Below, piece by piece: positions 30,399 to 40,999 of a stretch of 64,000 bases of DNA. Below the pieces are notes generated by a model. It ran no database searches and was not told the DNA's origin. It worked only from the letters and a program-made list of their open reading frames with translations. Both the position numbers and the translations under genes were made by a program. How positions within the stretch are numbered: position 1 is the stretch's first letter; the number at the start of each line of letters is the position of its first letter. This DNA comes from Candidatus Methanomethylophilaceae archaeon (lineage in GTDB: Archaea > Thermoplasmatota > Thermoplasmata > Methanomassiliicoccales > Methanomethylophilaceae), in NCBI GenBank assembly GCA_050950505.1, contig JBMNHS010000002.1:90007-154006 (forward strand), given 5' to 3'.

Positions 30399-31245
30399 CG
30401 GTCTCAGGGCCGCAGTATACGCAAGAGTATCCACCGACGAACAGGCACAGGAAGGATATTCTCTCGACGCCCAGAAAGAGAATCTCATAAATTACTCGAT
30501 AGCCCAGGGATGGACGGTGTCGAAAGTTTACGTAGACGACGGTTACACCGGAAGAAACACCAAACGTCCGGGTTACGCCAAAATGTTGGAAGAGCAGGAT
30601 TTGTGGGATGTTCTTTTGGTCGTGAAGATGGACCGTATACACAGGAACAGCCGCAATTTCATGGAGATGATGGACGAGCTTGAGAAGAACGGCAAGATGT
30701 TCGTTTCTTCTTCCGAAGCTTTGGACACCACAAACGCCTTGGGACGTTTCGTCGTGGACATGATTCAGAGAATCGCCCAGCTGGAAAGTGAACAGATCGG
30801 CGAAAGGACATACATGGGAATGAGGGAAAAAGCGGAAAACCTGGAAGGCAGCGACACGGGAAAAAGGACCATGGGATTCAATCCCCCTTTCGGGTACGAC
30901 ATAGTCGACGGGGGGCTGTCGCCGGTAGATTGGGAATTGGAAGTCGTCAGAAACATATTCGACTGTTACCGCAACGGAATGACCATTGACGGAATATGCA
31001 CCGAACTCAACAAAAGAGACATACTCACCCGGAGGGAAAATCTGTGGAACGTCTACAATCTGAGGAACATACTGCACAATCCCGTATACGCGGGATACAT
31101 GAGATGGGACGGAATCCTCATAGGTCACGACGCCCCCGTCGCCCTGTCTCCCGAGGACTACAACGAAGTCCAGGAAATCATGGCCTCCAGGGTAAGGGAC
31201 CCGTCCAAAAGAAACGTCGATCTGGTGCCGGTCGCGGAAGAATGA
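30379..31245 (+). CDS. Serine recombinase (resolvase plus recombinase domain), copy B
   Basis: YARVSTDEQ, DDGYTG, RPGY, KMDRIHRN, PPFGY, ILHNPVYAG; overlaps copy A by 20 bp. Confidence 0.93.
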   Translation: MDLSNPDGLRAAVYARVSTDEQAQEGYSLDAQKENLINYSIAQGWTVSKVYVDDGYTGRNTKRPGYAKMLEEQDLWDVLLVVKMDRIHRNSRNFMEMMDELEKNGKMFVSSSEALDTTNALGRFVVDMIQRIAQLESEQIGERTYMGMREKAENLEGSDTGKRTMGFNPPFGYDIVDGGLSPVDWELEVVRNIFDCYRNGMTIDGICTELNKRDILTRRENLWNVYNLRNILHNPVYAGYMRWDGILIGHDAPVALSPEDYNEVQEIMASRVRDPSKRNVDLVPVAEE

Positions 31246-31585
31246 AGGCTTCGTTTCAATTCTGTTTTCGATAAAACCGAGTTCATAAACGGATTTGCAC
31301 AGTCGTTTCCCATGTCGGAAAAATTACCGTTATGAAAAGAATAGAAAGTTAACGTATATTGATATTTTTAGCCTTATATACTGTCTTTTCAACGGTTTTT
31401 TTCGGGAATGAAAAGACCCACATCTGCGGAAATTCGGATTTTCAGTTGGATTTATGCCGTATTTTTGAGATTTTATTATATACTTGTTAAATCCGTTATT
31501 ACTCCGGGATGCACACGATCGGTTTATTTCATGACCGAATCAGTTCGAACAGGATTACACCGAGTGTCTCTCATGGAGATGGAGT

Positions 31586-32113
31586 ATGACAAACAAATGC
31601 ATAGACATGACAGCCTTCGGTCTGTTTTTCGTGGCTTTGGTATCGTTACCTATTGCTCTCATGAGCATAATGATTTACGCCGATAACAGCTACGGAATTT
31701 TGGCCGAAGAGCTGGGACCGTTCCTGATGGTCAGCGCTGTTTTCATTTTGATAGCGGCTATCGGAGCGTATAAGTCGAATTCTAACTTCGGCTCTACGGT
31801 CTTCGGACTTGTGGCCGCGGGTGTATTCTTCGCCGGTTGGGCGGGCGGTTCGCTTTACACGAACCTTTCGCTGGGAATAATTTTCCTGGTAGCGCTCGTC
31901 TGGTCCTACATGGCTCAGAACACACCTGTGTTGACGACTATCCTTCTTACCACGGCACTGATTTTCCTCTTCGGAGGAGTGGCGGTCGCCGAAGGAGACG
32001 GAATCTGGTTGCTCCTTAAGGGCATTGCCGCTTTGGCCAACTTTGTGTTGGCGCTGTACCTTGCCTTTACCCTTGTGAAGGGCGAATGCGAAGGTTGCGG
32101 CTGCCAGGATTGA
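31586..32113 (+). CDS. 6-TM membrane protein, possibly SatP/GPR1/FUN34/YaaH acetate transporter-like
   Basis: AFGLFFVAL start and NFGSTVF motif resemble the family; about 175 aa. Confidence 0.55.
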   Translation: MTNKCIDMTAFGLFFVALVSLPIALMSIMIYADNSYGILAEELGPFLMVSAVFILIAAIGAYKSNSNFGSTVFGLVAAGVFFAGWAGGSLYTNLSLGIIFLVALVWSYMAQNTPVLTTILLTTALIFLFGGVAVAEGDGIWLLLKGIAALANFVLALYLAFTLVKGECEGCGCQD

Positions 32114-32159
32114 GTCTCGTATCAGCCTCAAACGCATTACTCCCTGAAAGGGGAGGTAT

Positions 32160-32210
32160 CCTTCCGTCCGGAGCGCGGAACTGTGTTCGGACGGAAGGGT
32201 TTTTATTTTC
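32160..32210. terminator. Long hairpin between convergent genes
   Basis: CCTTCCGTCCG...CGGACGGAAGG followed by a T run. Confidence 0.6.
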
Positions 32211-32212
32211 AC

Positions 32213-34118
32213 TCAAAACATGCTCAGAACAAGATCGGAGTATGCTATCGGGTCGTCCAAGGGTATGTCGGCCATGATACTTGCCTGACCGTACATGATT
32301 TTCACCATCTTGGCGGCTTTTTCTTTATCCGATTCGATGGACTCTTCAAGAGACCTGAACGCGGGATGCTCCGAGTTGAGTTCCAGAACCCGGGAGGCTT
32401 TGATGTTCTCCCCTTCGCCTCCGGGCATCTCCATGAAGTATTTCTCCATCTCGAAAGTTATGTTGCCCTTGGTGGTCAGGAACACCGCGTGTTTTTTCAA
32501 TTTTCTTGAAATCCTGACCTCAGAAACATCTTTGCCCAGAGTCTCTTTCACGAAATCGACGACATCTTTGTATTTCTCGTCTTTTTCTTCGGCTTCCTTC
32601 TTCTCCTCTTCAGATTCAAGACCCAGATCCTCGGTGGATACGTTGCAGAGCGGCTTTCCGTCATATTCGTTCAGGAAGTTGACCATGAAAGGATCCACTT
32701 CGTCGGTCATCAGCAACACGTCGTATCCTTTCTCAAGGACAGGTTCCATCTGAGGCAGAGTTTTCGCGCGTTCCACGGAGTCGGAGACGATGTAGTATAT
32801 TTTTTCCTGCTCTTCGGCCATTCCTTCGACGTAATCGGCAAAACTCACGGTTTCGCCGTTTGCGGTTTCGAAGAGAACCAGATCTTTCAGGGTGTCCTTG
32901 TCCATACCGTAATTGTCCACTATGCCGTATTTCAGCTGCTGGCCGAAGGCTTTGTGGAATTCTTTGTATGTTTCCGGTTCATCCTTCATCAGGCGTTCCA
33001 ATTCGGATTTTATTTTTCTGGTGAGGTTGGAACCGATGGATTTTAACTGTCTGTCGTGCTGAAGCACCTCTCTTGAAATATTCAGCGAAAAATCCGGAGA
33101 ATCAACGACACCGCGGACGAATCTGAAGTAATACGGCAACAAATCCTCGCATTTGTCCATAATCAACACTCCGGACGAGTACAACTGAAGCCCGGGTCTG
33201 AAATCCCTGGTGTAGAAATCATAAGGCGCGTTCCTGGGCACGAAGAGCATTGCTTTGTAACTGGTGAGTCCCTCGGCGTCCACTCTGATTACGGAAACTG
33301 GATCTTCGTAATCGTAGAACGTTTGTTTGTAGAACTCGATGCACTCTTCGTCGGAAACCTCATCTTTGCTTTTTTGCCAGATGGGAACCATGCTGTTGAT
33401 CAGTTTGTTTTCCGTGAATGTGACGTATTCGGTCTTCGGTTCCCCGTCTTCGTCCTTTCTCGCCGGTCTCTTCCCATTTGCCGGATTCGACATCCATGTA
33501 AATGGGCCAGCGGATGTAGTTGGAGTAATTGACCACGAGCTCCCTCAGACGGTCAATGTTCAGGAATTCGCTGTAGTTTTCGTCTTCGGTGTCTTCTTTG
33601 ATGTGCATTATGATGTCGGTGCCCACGGATTCCCGTTTGGCTTTCTTTATGGTGTAACCGTCAATCCCTTCACTTTCCCACATCGAAGCTTCTTCCTCGC
33701 CGAAGGCCTTGGATATGACGGTGACTTTGTCGGAGACCATGAACGCGGAATAGAATCCGACACCGAATTGGCCGATGACTTCGCTGTCGGCGTTTTCGTC
33801 AAGGCCGGATTTGAAATCGAAAGAGTCGCTGTATGCAATCATTCCGAGATTCTTTTCCATGTCCTTGGCGGTCATACCCACGCCGTTGTCCGACACGGTT
33901 ATTGTGCGGGCTTCCTCATCCGTCGAAACGTCGATGCGGAAATCGTCTCTTGATAAACCGGAGGACGGGTCGGTCATCGCATGATAGTTCATTTTGTCGA
34001 TAGCGTCCGAAGCGTTGGACACTATTTCTCTCAAAAATATTTCTTTATGGGTGTAGATGGAGTTGATCATCAAATCCATCAATCTTTTGGTTTCTGCTTT
34101 GAACTGTTTTTTAGCCAT
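32213..34118 (-). pseudogene. htpG: Bacterial-type Hsp90, split by a +1 frameshift near 33455
   Basis: KQFKAET, NSIYTHKEIFLRE, DNGVGM, GQFGVGFYSAF in one frame; PIW, FVRGVVDS..LNISRE, LELN..H in another. Confidence 0.9.
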
Positions 34119-34368
34119 ATGCATCCTCTTCAATTGATAGAACTGAGTGTTAAGTGTTAGCACTTCTATATAAATATTTGTAATATAAACTTCAGCTTTG
34201 CCGAAGGCTGTTTCCACGGTTGTAAACGACTCCGTAGGCGGAATGAAAAACAAATCAACCACATCGCGGGTTTTTACATTCATTTAATAATGATGAAAAT
34301 TAATCCGAAATCCTGAGATGCGCATTCTTCTGCTTGTGAAGCGGCGCAAAGACGGGTGGGAAACGAAC

Positions 34369-35634
34369 ATGAAAATTGAATTCAAGGGGGGAAGGATAAG
34401 CGGCAGGGTATCCCCTCCTCCGTCAAAGAGTCACACACACCGCGCGTTTTTCATGGCTTCTTTGGCCAAAGGCCGCAGCACGGTCAAACAATCCCTTCTC
34501 AGCGACGATACTTACGCCACATTGGAGGCCTGCGAAGCAATCGGAGCATCGGTAATCCACGACGTGGGAGACGTCTTCATCGACGGAGGAAGACTTCATT
34601 CTCCGAAAAATCCCGTGGATTGCAGAAATTCCGGCACCACCATGAGACTGTTCACGGGAATCTGTTCGTTGTTTTCCCAACCTTCCACAATCACCGGGGA
34701 CGAGACGCTGATCAAACGGCCGATGGGCCCCTTGCTCAATGCGTTGGAACAGCTCGACGTTCATTGCGAGTCGGACAACGGTTTCCCTCCCGTGACCGTC
34801 AGAGGCCCCAACAAAGGCGGAAGCGTGTCCGTGGACGGAAGCAAAAGCTCACAGTACGCCACTTCGCTGATAATGGCCGCGCCCCTGGTTGAAAACGACA
34901 CCGTCGTCACCCTGACGGGAAACATAGTGTCCAGACCTTACATCGATATCACCGTGGACATAATGGAAAAGTTCGGAGCCTCCGTGAAAAGGGATTCCGA
35001 CAAATACACGGTAAAGGGCGGCACTGGGTACAGACCCTGCGACTATACCGTCCCCGGAGATCCCTCGTCCGCGGCGTTCCCCCTGGTCGCCGGTGCTTTG
35101 GGCGGATACGTGACCGTGACCGGACTCGATTCCGAAGAAAAAGGCGACGCCCGCCTGATAAGCATTCTCGAAGACGCAGGATGCGAAATCACAAGGAAAG
35201 ACGGAGAGGTCACGGTAAAGAACAAGGGGCGGATCAAGCCCTTGGAAATCGATATGGGAGATATTCCGGATCTGTTTCCCATTCTTGCAGTTCTTCTCAG
35301 CACGGCGGAGGGAGAAAGCAGGCTTTACGGCGCGCCTCACCTGAGATTCAAAGAAAGCGACCGCATAGAAACCACGGTGGAGATGCTCACCGCCGTAGGC
35401 GCCGACATCCTGCCCACGGAAGACGGCTGCACAATCAAGGGCAAAGAACGTCTCCTGGGCGGAACGGTTGATGCCAAAGACGATCACCGCATACTGATGG
35501 CCGCGGGCATTGCTTCAATTGTCTGCGAAAATCCTGTTGTGTTTGAGGGCGAAGAGTGTTTTTCGATATCTTATCCTGCGTTCCTGACGGATTTGGAGAG
35601 AATCGGTCTGAGGCTTGAAGTAACCGGTGAGTGA
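34369..35634 (+). CDS. aroA: 3-phosphoshikimate 1-carboxyvinyltransferase
   Basis: PPSKSHTHR, NSGTTMR, RPM, SSQY, KESDRI, DHR, SYPAF. Confidence 0.96.
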   Translation: MKIEFKGGRISGRVSPPPSKSHTHRAFFMASLAKGRSTVKQSLLSDDTYATLEACEAIGASVIHDVGDVFIDGGRLHSPKNPVDCRNSGTTMRLFTGICSLFSQPSTITGDETLIKRPMGPLLNALEQLDVHCESDNGFPPVTVRGPNKGGSVSVDGSKSSQYATSLIMAAPLVENDTVVTLTGNIVSRPYIDITVDIMEKFGASVKRDSDKYTVKGGTGYRPCDYTVPGDPSSAAFPLVAGALGGYVTVTGLDSEEKGDARLISILEDAGCEITRKDGEVTVKNKGRIKPLEIDMGDIPDLFPILAVLLSTAEGESRLYGAPHLRFKESDRIETTVEMLTAVGADILPTEDGCTIKGKERLLGGTVDAKDDHRILMAAGIASIVCENPVVFEGEECFSISYPAFLTDLERIGLRLEVTGE

Positions 35635-35902
35635 GATTTTTCCTGAAAACGGTCAAACAGACTTCTTGTTTCAATTTTATCCATACTCTAAACTTTGCGA
35701 TGAATATTCAATTAATCGGGGCAGGCCGTAAAAACAGCAGTGAAAACATACAGAGTTTGGAGTGTGCCGTAAACCGTTCTTCTTTCTAATTTTACATTTG
35801 CATCATACAATCGAATCCAATTCTCAGTCAGAGGCCGTAAGACAAACCCATTAATGATTTTAAAACGTTGAATATTGCTAAAAACACCCCGATTGGAATT
35901 TT

Positions 35903-36473
35903 TCATAAATCAGATAAGTTATTCTGTTTGGCGTATTCTTCAATTCCCAATAATCTCGTATTAAAAAAAATCAATGGATGAAATCCAATATCCGATGAGT
36001 TCGTTCTCGCCCGTCGGAAATTTTTTCGGTAATAATCTGCAATCCTGCAACAGATTATATTCAATATATTCCTCGAATGAGGTGAACCGATCAAAGAAAT
36101 ATCCATATCGTTCTATTACTCCCTTTATGGGACAGTCGCCTCGCTCTCCGTCATAATACTTTTTAATACTTTGAAGAGTAAAATATAGCATATCGTTTAT
36201 TTGATTATGATAGCCTCTGGCCTGACTTATCGTATTGCCGTTTATTTTGTGAGCAGGGAAGAATATTTTTCCTGCGATTGTCCTGGCGAGATGATAGCAA
36301 TTTTCAGCCAGTTCTTTGTTATTTTCATCATAGAAATTATATCCGACACTCCCAAAATCGAATCTCTTGCTGCCGTACAGTTGTCGCATGGCAATTCGTA
36401 GGTCAGGACAGGGGCGATCGGGGGCTGCTCCAGGTCTTTCAGTGCAATAGTGATGATTTACATCTTTCATCAT
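35903..36473 (-). pseudogene. DUF6994-like protein, probable C-terminal frameshift at a T8 tract
   Basis: FP..KING.TISQARG, TL..IK.YY, YG.FF..F.SF..Y....LLQD recalled as DUF6994-like; removing one T restores ...IDFFNTRLLGIEEY. Confidence 0.55.
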
Positions 36474-36725
36474 GATTCTTACAAGACGTTTTCCTCATCC
36501 AATTTTACATCGGGCTTTATGAACGATTTTTTGTTTGTAAAGGCCTTATTGGTCGATTCGTTCATATCGACAATCATTTATCAATATTATCAAAGCAAAC
36601 AACCCATCTGTTTAAAATATTTTCAAAAATTTTTGTGAGAATCCCCGGTTTAAATACTAATTTTTCTAGATTGTGGAGATCATACTAGGTAACAAATTAA
36701 TAATTGGATGATATGTCCAAAATAC

Positions 36726-37568
36726 ATGTTTCAATTGGCGATATACGGCAAAGGTGGAATCGGCAAATCTACTTTGTCGGCCAATATATCTTATGCGTTA
36801 GCAGGCAAAGGTATGAAAGTTTTACAAATCGGGTGCGATCCGAAACACGACTCAACCCGTTTACTTCTTAACGGTAAAACTCAGAACACCGTTATAGATT
36901 ATCTCAGAACCGTTCCTATGGAACGCAGAAACTTGGACGACGTGGTTTCCATTGGATCGGGCAATGTTCATTGCATTGAAGCAGGCGGTCCGGAACCCGG
37001 GGTCGGGTGTGCGGGCAGAGGCATTCTGACGATGCTTGATTTCCTTGAAAAGAACGGACTTAACGAAATAGATTTTGACATAAGGCTTTACGATGTCTTG
37101 GGCGACGTCGTCTGCGGAGGTTTTGCGGTGCCCCTTCGAAAAAACTATGCAGATGCCGTATATATAGTGACGTCCGGTGAGTTCATGTCTCTGTTTGCCG
37201 CAAATAACATATTGAAAGGATTGCGGAACTACGATGACGGGAGACCCCGCGTCGGAGGACTTATTCTAAATCGCAGAGGTTTGGACGGGGAATACAATCA
37301 TGTAAAAAATTTTGCAGACGGAGTCGGACTTCCCATCGTGTCATGCATAAATCGCGGTCCGCTGTTCGCGGAAGCCGAATCAAAGGGCAAGACGGTAATG
37401 GAACTCTTCCCCGATTCCGACGCAGCTTCGGCAATAAACATAATTGCGGAAGATATCATTCAGAAGAATAATGGCTGCGGACAACTCTATTATCCCAACC
37501 CCCTCGATGACGAATTCATGGATTTGATTGCCAGCGGAACTCCGTTGGACGATGGTCAGATAGTCTAA
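36726..37568 (+). CDS. Nitrogenase Fe-protein (NifH)-like ATP-dependent reductase
   Basis: YGKGGIGKST, GCDPKHDST, GGPEPGVGCAGRG, DVLGDVVCGGFA. Confidence 0.93.
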   Translation: MFQLAIYGKGGIGKSTLSANISYALAGKGMKVLQIGCDPKHDSTRLLLNGKTQNTVIDYLRTVPMERRNLDDVVSIGSGNVHCIEAGGPEPGVGCAGRGILTMLDFLEKNGLNEIDFDIRLYDVLGDVVCGGFAVPLRKNYADAVYIVTSGEFMSLFAANNILKGLRNYDDGRPRVGGLILNRRGLDGEYNHVKNFADGVGLPIVSCINRGPLFAEAESKGKTVMELFPDSDAASAINIIAEDIIQKNNGCGQLYYPNPLDDEFMDLIASGTPLDDGQIV

Positions 37569-37784
37569 TCATCTTATTGTGAATCTCAATGTCCGACATT
37601 GAACACGTCATGTCTGTAAAACAAAAATCTATCTCTTTTCTTCGATTTTAAAGACAATATGTAAAACATGCTAGAAATCTAACAGTTATTGATAATCTTT
37701 TACGCATATTTTACACCCGTTAGGATAGATTTTATATACATAATTTGAATTGGACTATACATCCAATTATACGGAGGTACTATT

Positions 37785-39071
37785 ATGGCTAATAATAAAA
37801 TAATGGCCGTTTTTGTTGTTTTAATACTAGCAGTTTCTGCAGGGGCAGTTTACGGACTGTCGAAAGATAACAAAAACGACGACAGCGGTTACAATCACAG
37901 AACAATGGTGTTTGGCAATGCGAACGGCGACGACAAACTTGACGAGAGCGACATCGAAACGCTGAATATGATAATATCCGACGACATCGAAGACTGGGAG
38001 GAAGATTATCCCTTCGCAGATGCCAATCAGGACGGGGTCATCGATCAGAAGGATATCGATGTTGTCAACAAATATCTGAATGATGAACCAACAAGATTGT
38101 ATTATGTCAACGCGTTCGACAGAGTAACCTGGGTGAATTTCCCCTTGGGAGACAAAATAGGCGTTGAAACCGCATCAATAGAGTTTCTGCCTATTTTAGG
38201 TCTGTATGACAAGCTTTATGCCACAGACTCCGGCTACACGATTACAACATACCCTGACAAATATCCGAATGCGCAGGATAAAGTAATCATCGGTTCTCAA
38301 AAAAGCTTCACTGTTGAGCAGGTTATGAACTCTGGTGTGGAAACACTGTTCATGTATCCAGTGCACGGAGACTATTTCTGGGATAAGGCAGAAGAGTCTG
38401 GACTTGCGGACACTGTATCAGTTATCGTATTGGACACGCAAGGAGACAGAGCAGTGGGCGACGTGCTGATGCTGGGTATATTCTTCAAGGTCCAGGAGCG
38501 TGCGAAATTGTATGCTGATTGGTATGATGAAATTGTATCGAAACTTTCCATCATAGGAGACACTGTTGAGAAAAAAGAAGTCAATGTGATAAACGGTTGG
38601 CCGGTAGGATTCACTAAAGGTGAATTCACTGTCTGCGGTTCGGAATTCCGTCCCGTGGGTCATTATCACCATATCATAGATTTCCAGGAAAATTATCGCG
38701 GTCCGGCCAATATGTCGGTGAATTTTGAAAATTTCATTAACAGTTGCACGGATGATATTATTGTGATACTGCACAGAAACAGTGACATTCTGCCGGAAGA
38801 TTTCGGTAGTTATTGTCAGAACAGAATTGAAGAAGCCTTCCCGCACACGGAACAGTTGGCAAACGGAACAATATATGCTGTTGAGTGGGATTGTTCTCCC
38901 AATTTGGGCGGTATCGCCGGAATGTATCTGTTAGCTTCATTCATTTATCCGGAGTATTTCGACACAGAAACCGGATATGAATATCTGCAGTACTTCCTGG
39001 ACAACTTCCACGCTCAGACAGGGTTCGATGCGCATGCCGGATTCGTGTATGCGATTACACCCACGGCCTGA
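37785..39071 (+). CDS. Metal-chelate ABC substrate-binding protein with N-terminal dockerin/EF-hand-like module
   Basis: N-terminal TM/signal; GNANGDDKLDESD and DANQDGVIDQKD; C-terminal ASFIYPEYF; precedes a FecCD permease. Confidence 0.8.
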   Translation: MANNKIMAVFVVLILAVSAGAVYGLSKDNKNDDSGYNHRTMVFGNANGDDKLDESDIETLNMIISDDIEDWEEDYPFADANQDGVIDQKDIDVVNKYLNDEPTRLYYVNAFDRVTWVNFPLGDKIGVETASIEFLPILGLYDKLYATDSGYTITTYPDKYPNAQDKVIIGSQKSFTVEQVMNSGVETLFMYPVHGDYFWDKAEESGLADTVSVIVLDTQGDRAVGDVLMLGIFFKVQERAKLYADWYDEIVSKLSIIGDTVEKKEVNVINGWPVGFTKGEFTVCGSEFRPVGHYHHIIDFQENYRGPANMSVNFENFINSCTDDIIVILHRNSDILPEDFGSYCQNRIEEAFPHTEQLANGTIYAVEWDCSPNLGGIAGMYLLASFIYPEYFDTETGYEYLQYFLDNFHAQTGFDAHAGFVYAITPTA

Positions 39072-39082
39072 AAGGTGATGGA

Positions 39083-40207
39083 ATGGAGGACCAAAGGAAC
39101 AATGTAAGCCCGGTGGTAAAAAGGGCATCTGACCTTTGGTCCTCTTCTTACGAGGAAACAGAACTCAAAGAAGCGTTAAACAGCTACCGCGGCAGCATTG
39201 CGAAAAAAATAGTGTTCATAGCCGTGTGCATCACTGCGGCATTCGTAGTCAGCGGCATTTCTCTGGGAACGGGATCAAGCGATTTCGGGTTTGTCGGTTC
39301 ATATAAAATCTTATGGAACCATATCACCGGCGTACCGCAGAACAAATTGATTGACTACATAATTTGGAATGAACGTCTGCCGCCGATTCTGATGGGTCTC
39401 ATCGGAGGGGCCGGACTTGCGATGGGCGGGGTGGTCATGCAGGGAATTTTCAGAAATCCCCTTGCGGATCCTTACACGACGGGTATATCATCCGGCGCGG
39501 GATTCGGGGCCACCCTGGCCGTCGTAGCAGGCATTACCATAGTCAGCGGCAAATACGCCCTGGTGATAAACGCATTCGTTTTTGCGTTGATTCCGGTAAT
39601 GTTGATTACGTCTGTAGCGAGGATGAAAGGAGCCTCTCCGACTACTATGATAATGGCCGGAATCGCAGTGATGTATATTTTTGGTGCATTCACAACCCTG
39701 TTCAAATTGATGGCGGACCCAAATGCACTGTCTGCTCTGTTCATATGGCAGACAGGTTCTTTGGGTCTGGTCACATGGGAAGAACTTCCGCTTGTTTTTG
39801 CCGTCACGGTAGCAGGTTTGGTTTATGTTCAAATCAATGCCCGCAAACTTAATGTTTTATCCACTGGGGAGGAAACCGCCAAATCCATGGGAATCAACGT
39901 GGAAAATTTAACAAACAAAGTGTTGCTGGTAATGACGCTCGTTGTAGCGACAATCGTCAGTTTTACGGGACTGATAGGGTTTGTAGGACTGGTTTCACCA
40001 CATATTGCCAGGATGGTTGTCGGTGCAGATAACAGATTCTTGTTGCCCGCTTCCGCGGCCTTCGGCGGAATGCTTCTTGTGATTTCCGATCTCATAGGCC
40101 GCACGATAATTGCCCCTTCGACGTTGCAGGTGGGAGTCATCATGGCATTTATCGGCGGACCCATGTTCCTGTATCTGATATTGAGGAGGAAAAAATCCAC
40201 ATGGTGA
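39083..40207 (+). CDS. FecCD/BtuC family permease
   Basis: RLPP, FRNPLADPYTTGISSGA, EETAKSMG, GLIGFVGLVSPHIAR, GGPMFL. Confidence 0.94.
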   Translation: MEDQRNNVSPVVKRASDLWSSSYEETELKEALNSYRGSIAKKIVFIAVCITAAFVVSGISLGTGSSDFGFVGSYKILWNHITGVPQNKLIDYIIWNERLPPILMGLIGGAGLAMGGVVMQGIFRNPLADPYTTGISSGAGFGATLAVVAGITIVSGKYALVINAFVFALIPVMLITSVARMKGASPTTMIMAGIAVMYIFGAFTTLFKLMADPNALSALFIWQTGSLGLVTWEELPLVFAVTVAGLVYVQINARKLNVLSTGEETAKSMGINVENLTNKVLLVMTLVVATIVSFTGLIGFVGLVSPHIARMVVGADNRFLLPASAAFGGMLLVISDLIGRTIIAPSTLQVGVIMAFIGGPMFLYLILRRKKSTW

Positions 40208-40995
40208 CGCGTATTGTTCTGAATGATGTTTCCTTTGAATATACGAAGGGTAAAAAAATACTGCATAACATAAATTTAACTCTGGACAGGCCGGGGTTGA
40301 CATGCATTATCGGCCCTAACGGGGTCGGAAAATCTACTTTGATAAAAATCATAAACAAACTGTTGATACCATCTTCAGGTTTCGTCAGCATAAACGGCAA
40401 GGACGTCAAAGAGATGTCCAGAAAGGAAATTGCCGAGCTGATAGCTTTTGTTCCTGTCGGATTCGCCGATGTTTTTTCCATGAATGTCGTCGATACCGTG
40501 CTGATAGGAAGACATAACAAGAACAAATGGAAAACCTCGGATAATGACATAGCGGTGGTAAAGAAAACGTTGGATGTAATGGGCATGGGAGCGTATTCAG
40601 ACAGGACATACAGCGAGTTATCCGCCGGGCAGTGTCAAAAAATAAACATTGCGAGAGGGCTGGCTCAGGAAACAAAGGTTCTGTTGCTCGATGAACCGAC
40701 TGCAAACCTGGATGTCAAACATCAGATTTACGTTACCGAGCTTCTGCGGGACATCGCAATCAGAAACAACCTGTCCGTGATTATGATAAGTCATGATTTG
40801 AACATCGCTTCAAAATTCGCAGACACTCTGGTAATGATGTCCAAACCGGGGGTAATTCATGCTGTGGGTCAACCTGACGACATCATAACTTCCGACAACA
40901 TTTTCAATGTTTACGGGGCACACAGCAATATTGTGGAACATGAAGGAAGGCCTGCCGTTTTGCTGAGTTACATGATTGACGATGTATTGGAATGA
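40201..40995 (+). CDS. FecE/BtuD family ABC ATPase
   Basis: GPNGVGKST, LSAGQ, LLDEPTANLD, SHDLN. Confidence 0.94.
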   Translation: MVTRIVLNDVSFEYTKGKKILHNINLTLDRPGLTCIIGPNGVGKSTLIKIINKLLIPSSGFVSINGKDVKEMSRKEIAELIAFVPVGFADVFSMNVVDTVLIGRHNKNKWKTSDNDIAVVKKTLDVMGMGAYSDRTYSELSAGQCQKINIARGLAQETKVLLLDEPTANLDVKHQIYVTELLRDIAIRNNLSVIMISHDLNIASKFADTLVMMSKPGVIHAVGQPDDIITSDNIFNVYGAHSNIVEHEGRPAVLLSYMIDDVLE

Positions 40996-40999
40996 TATC

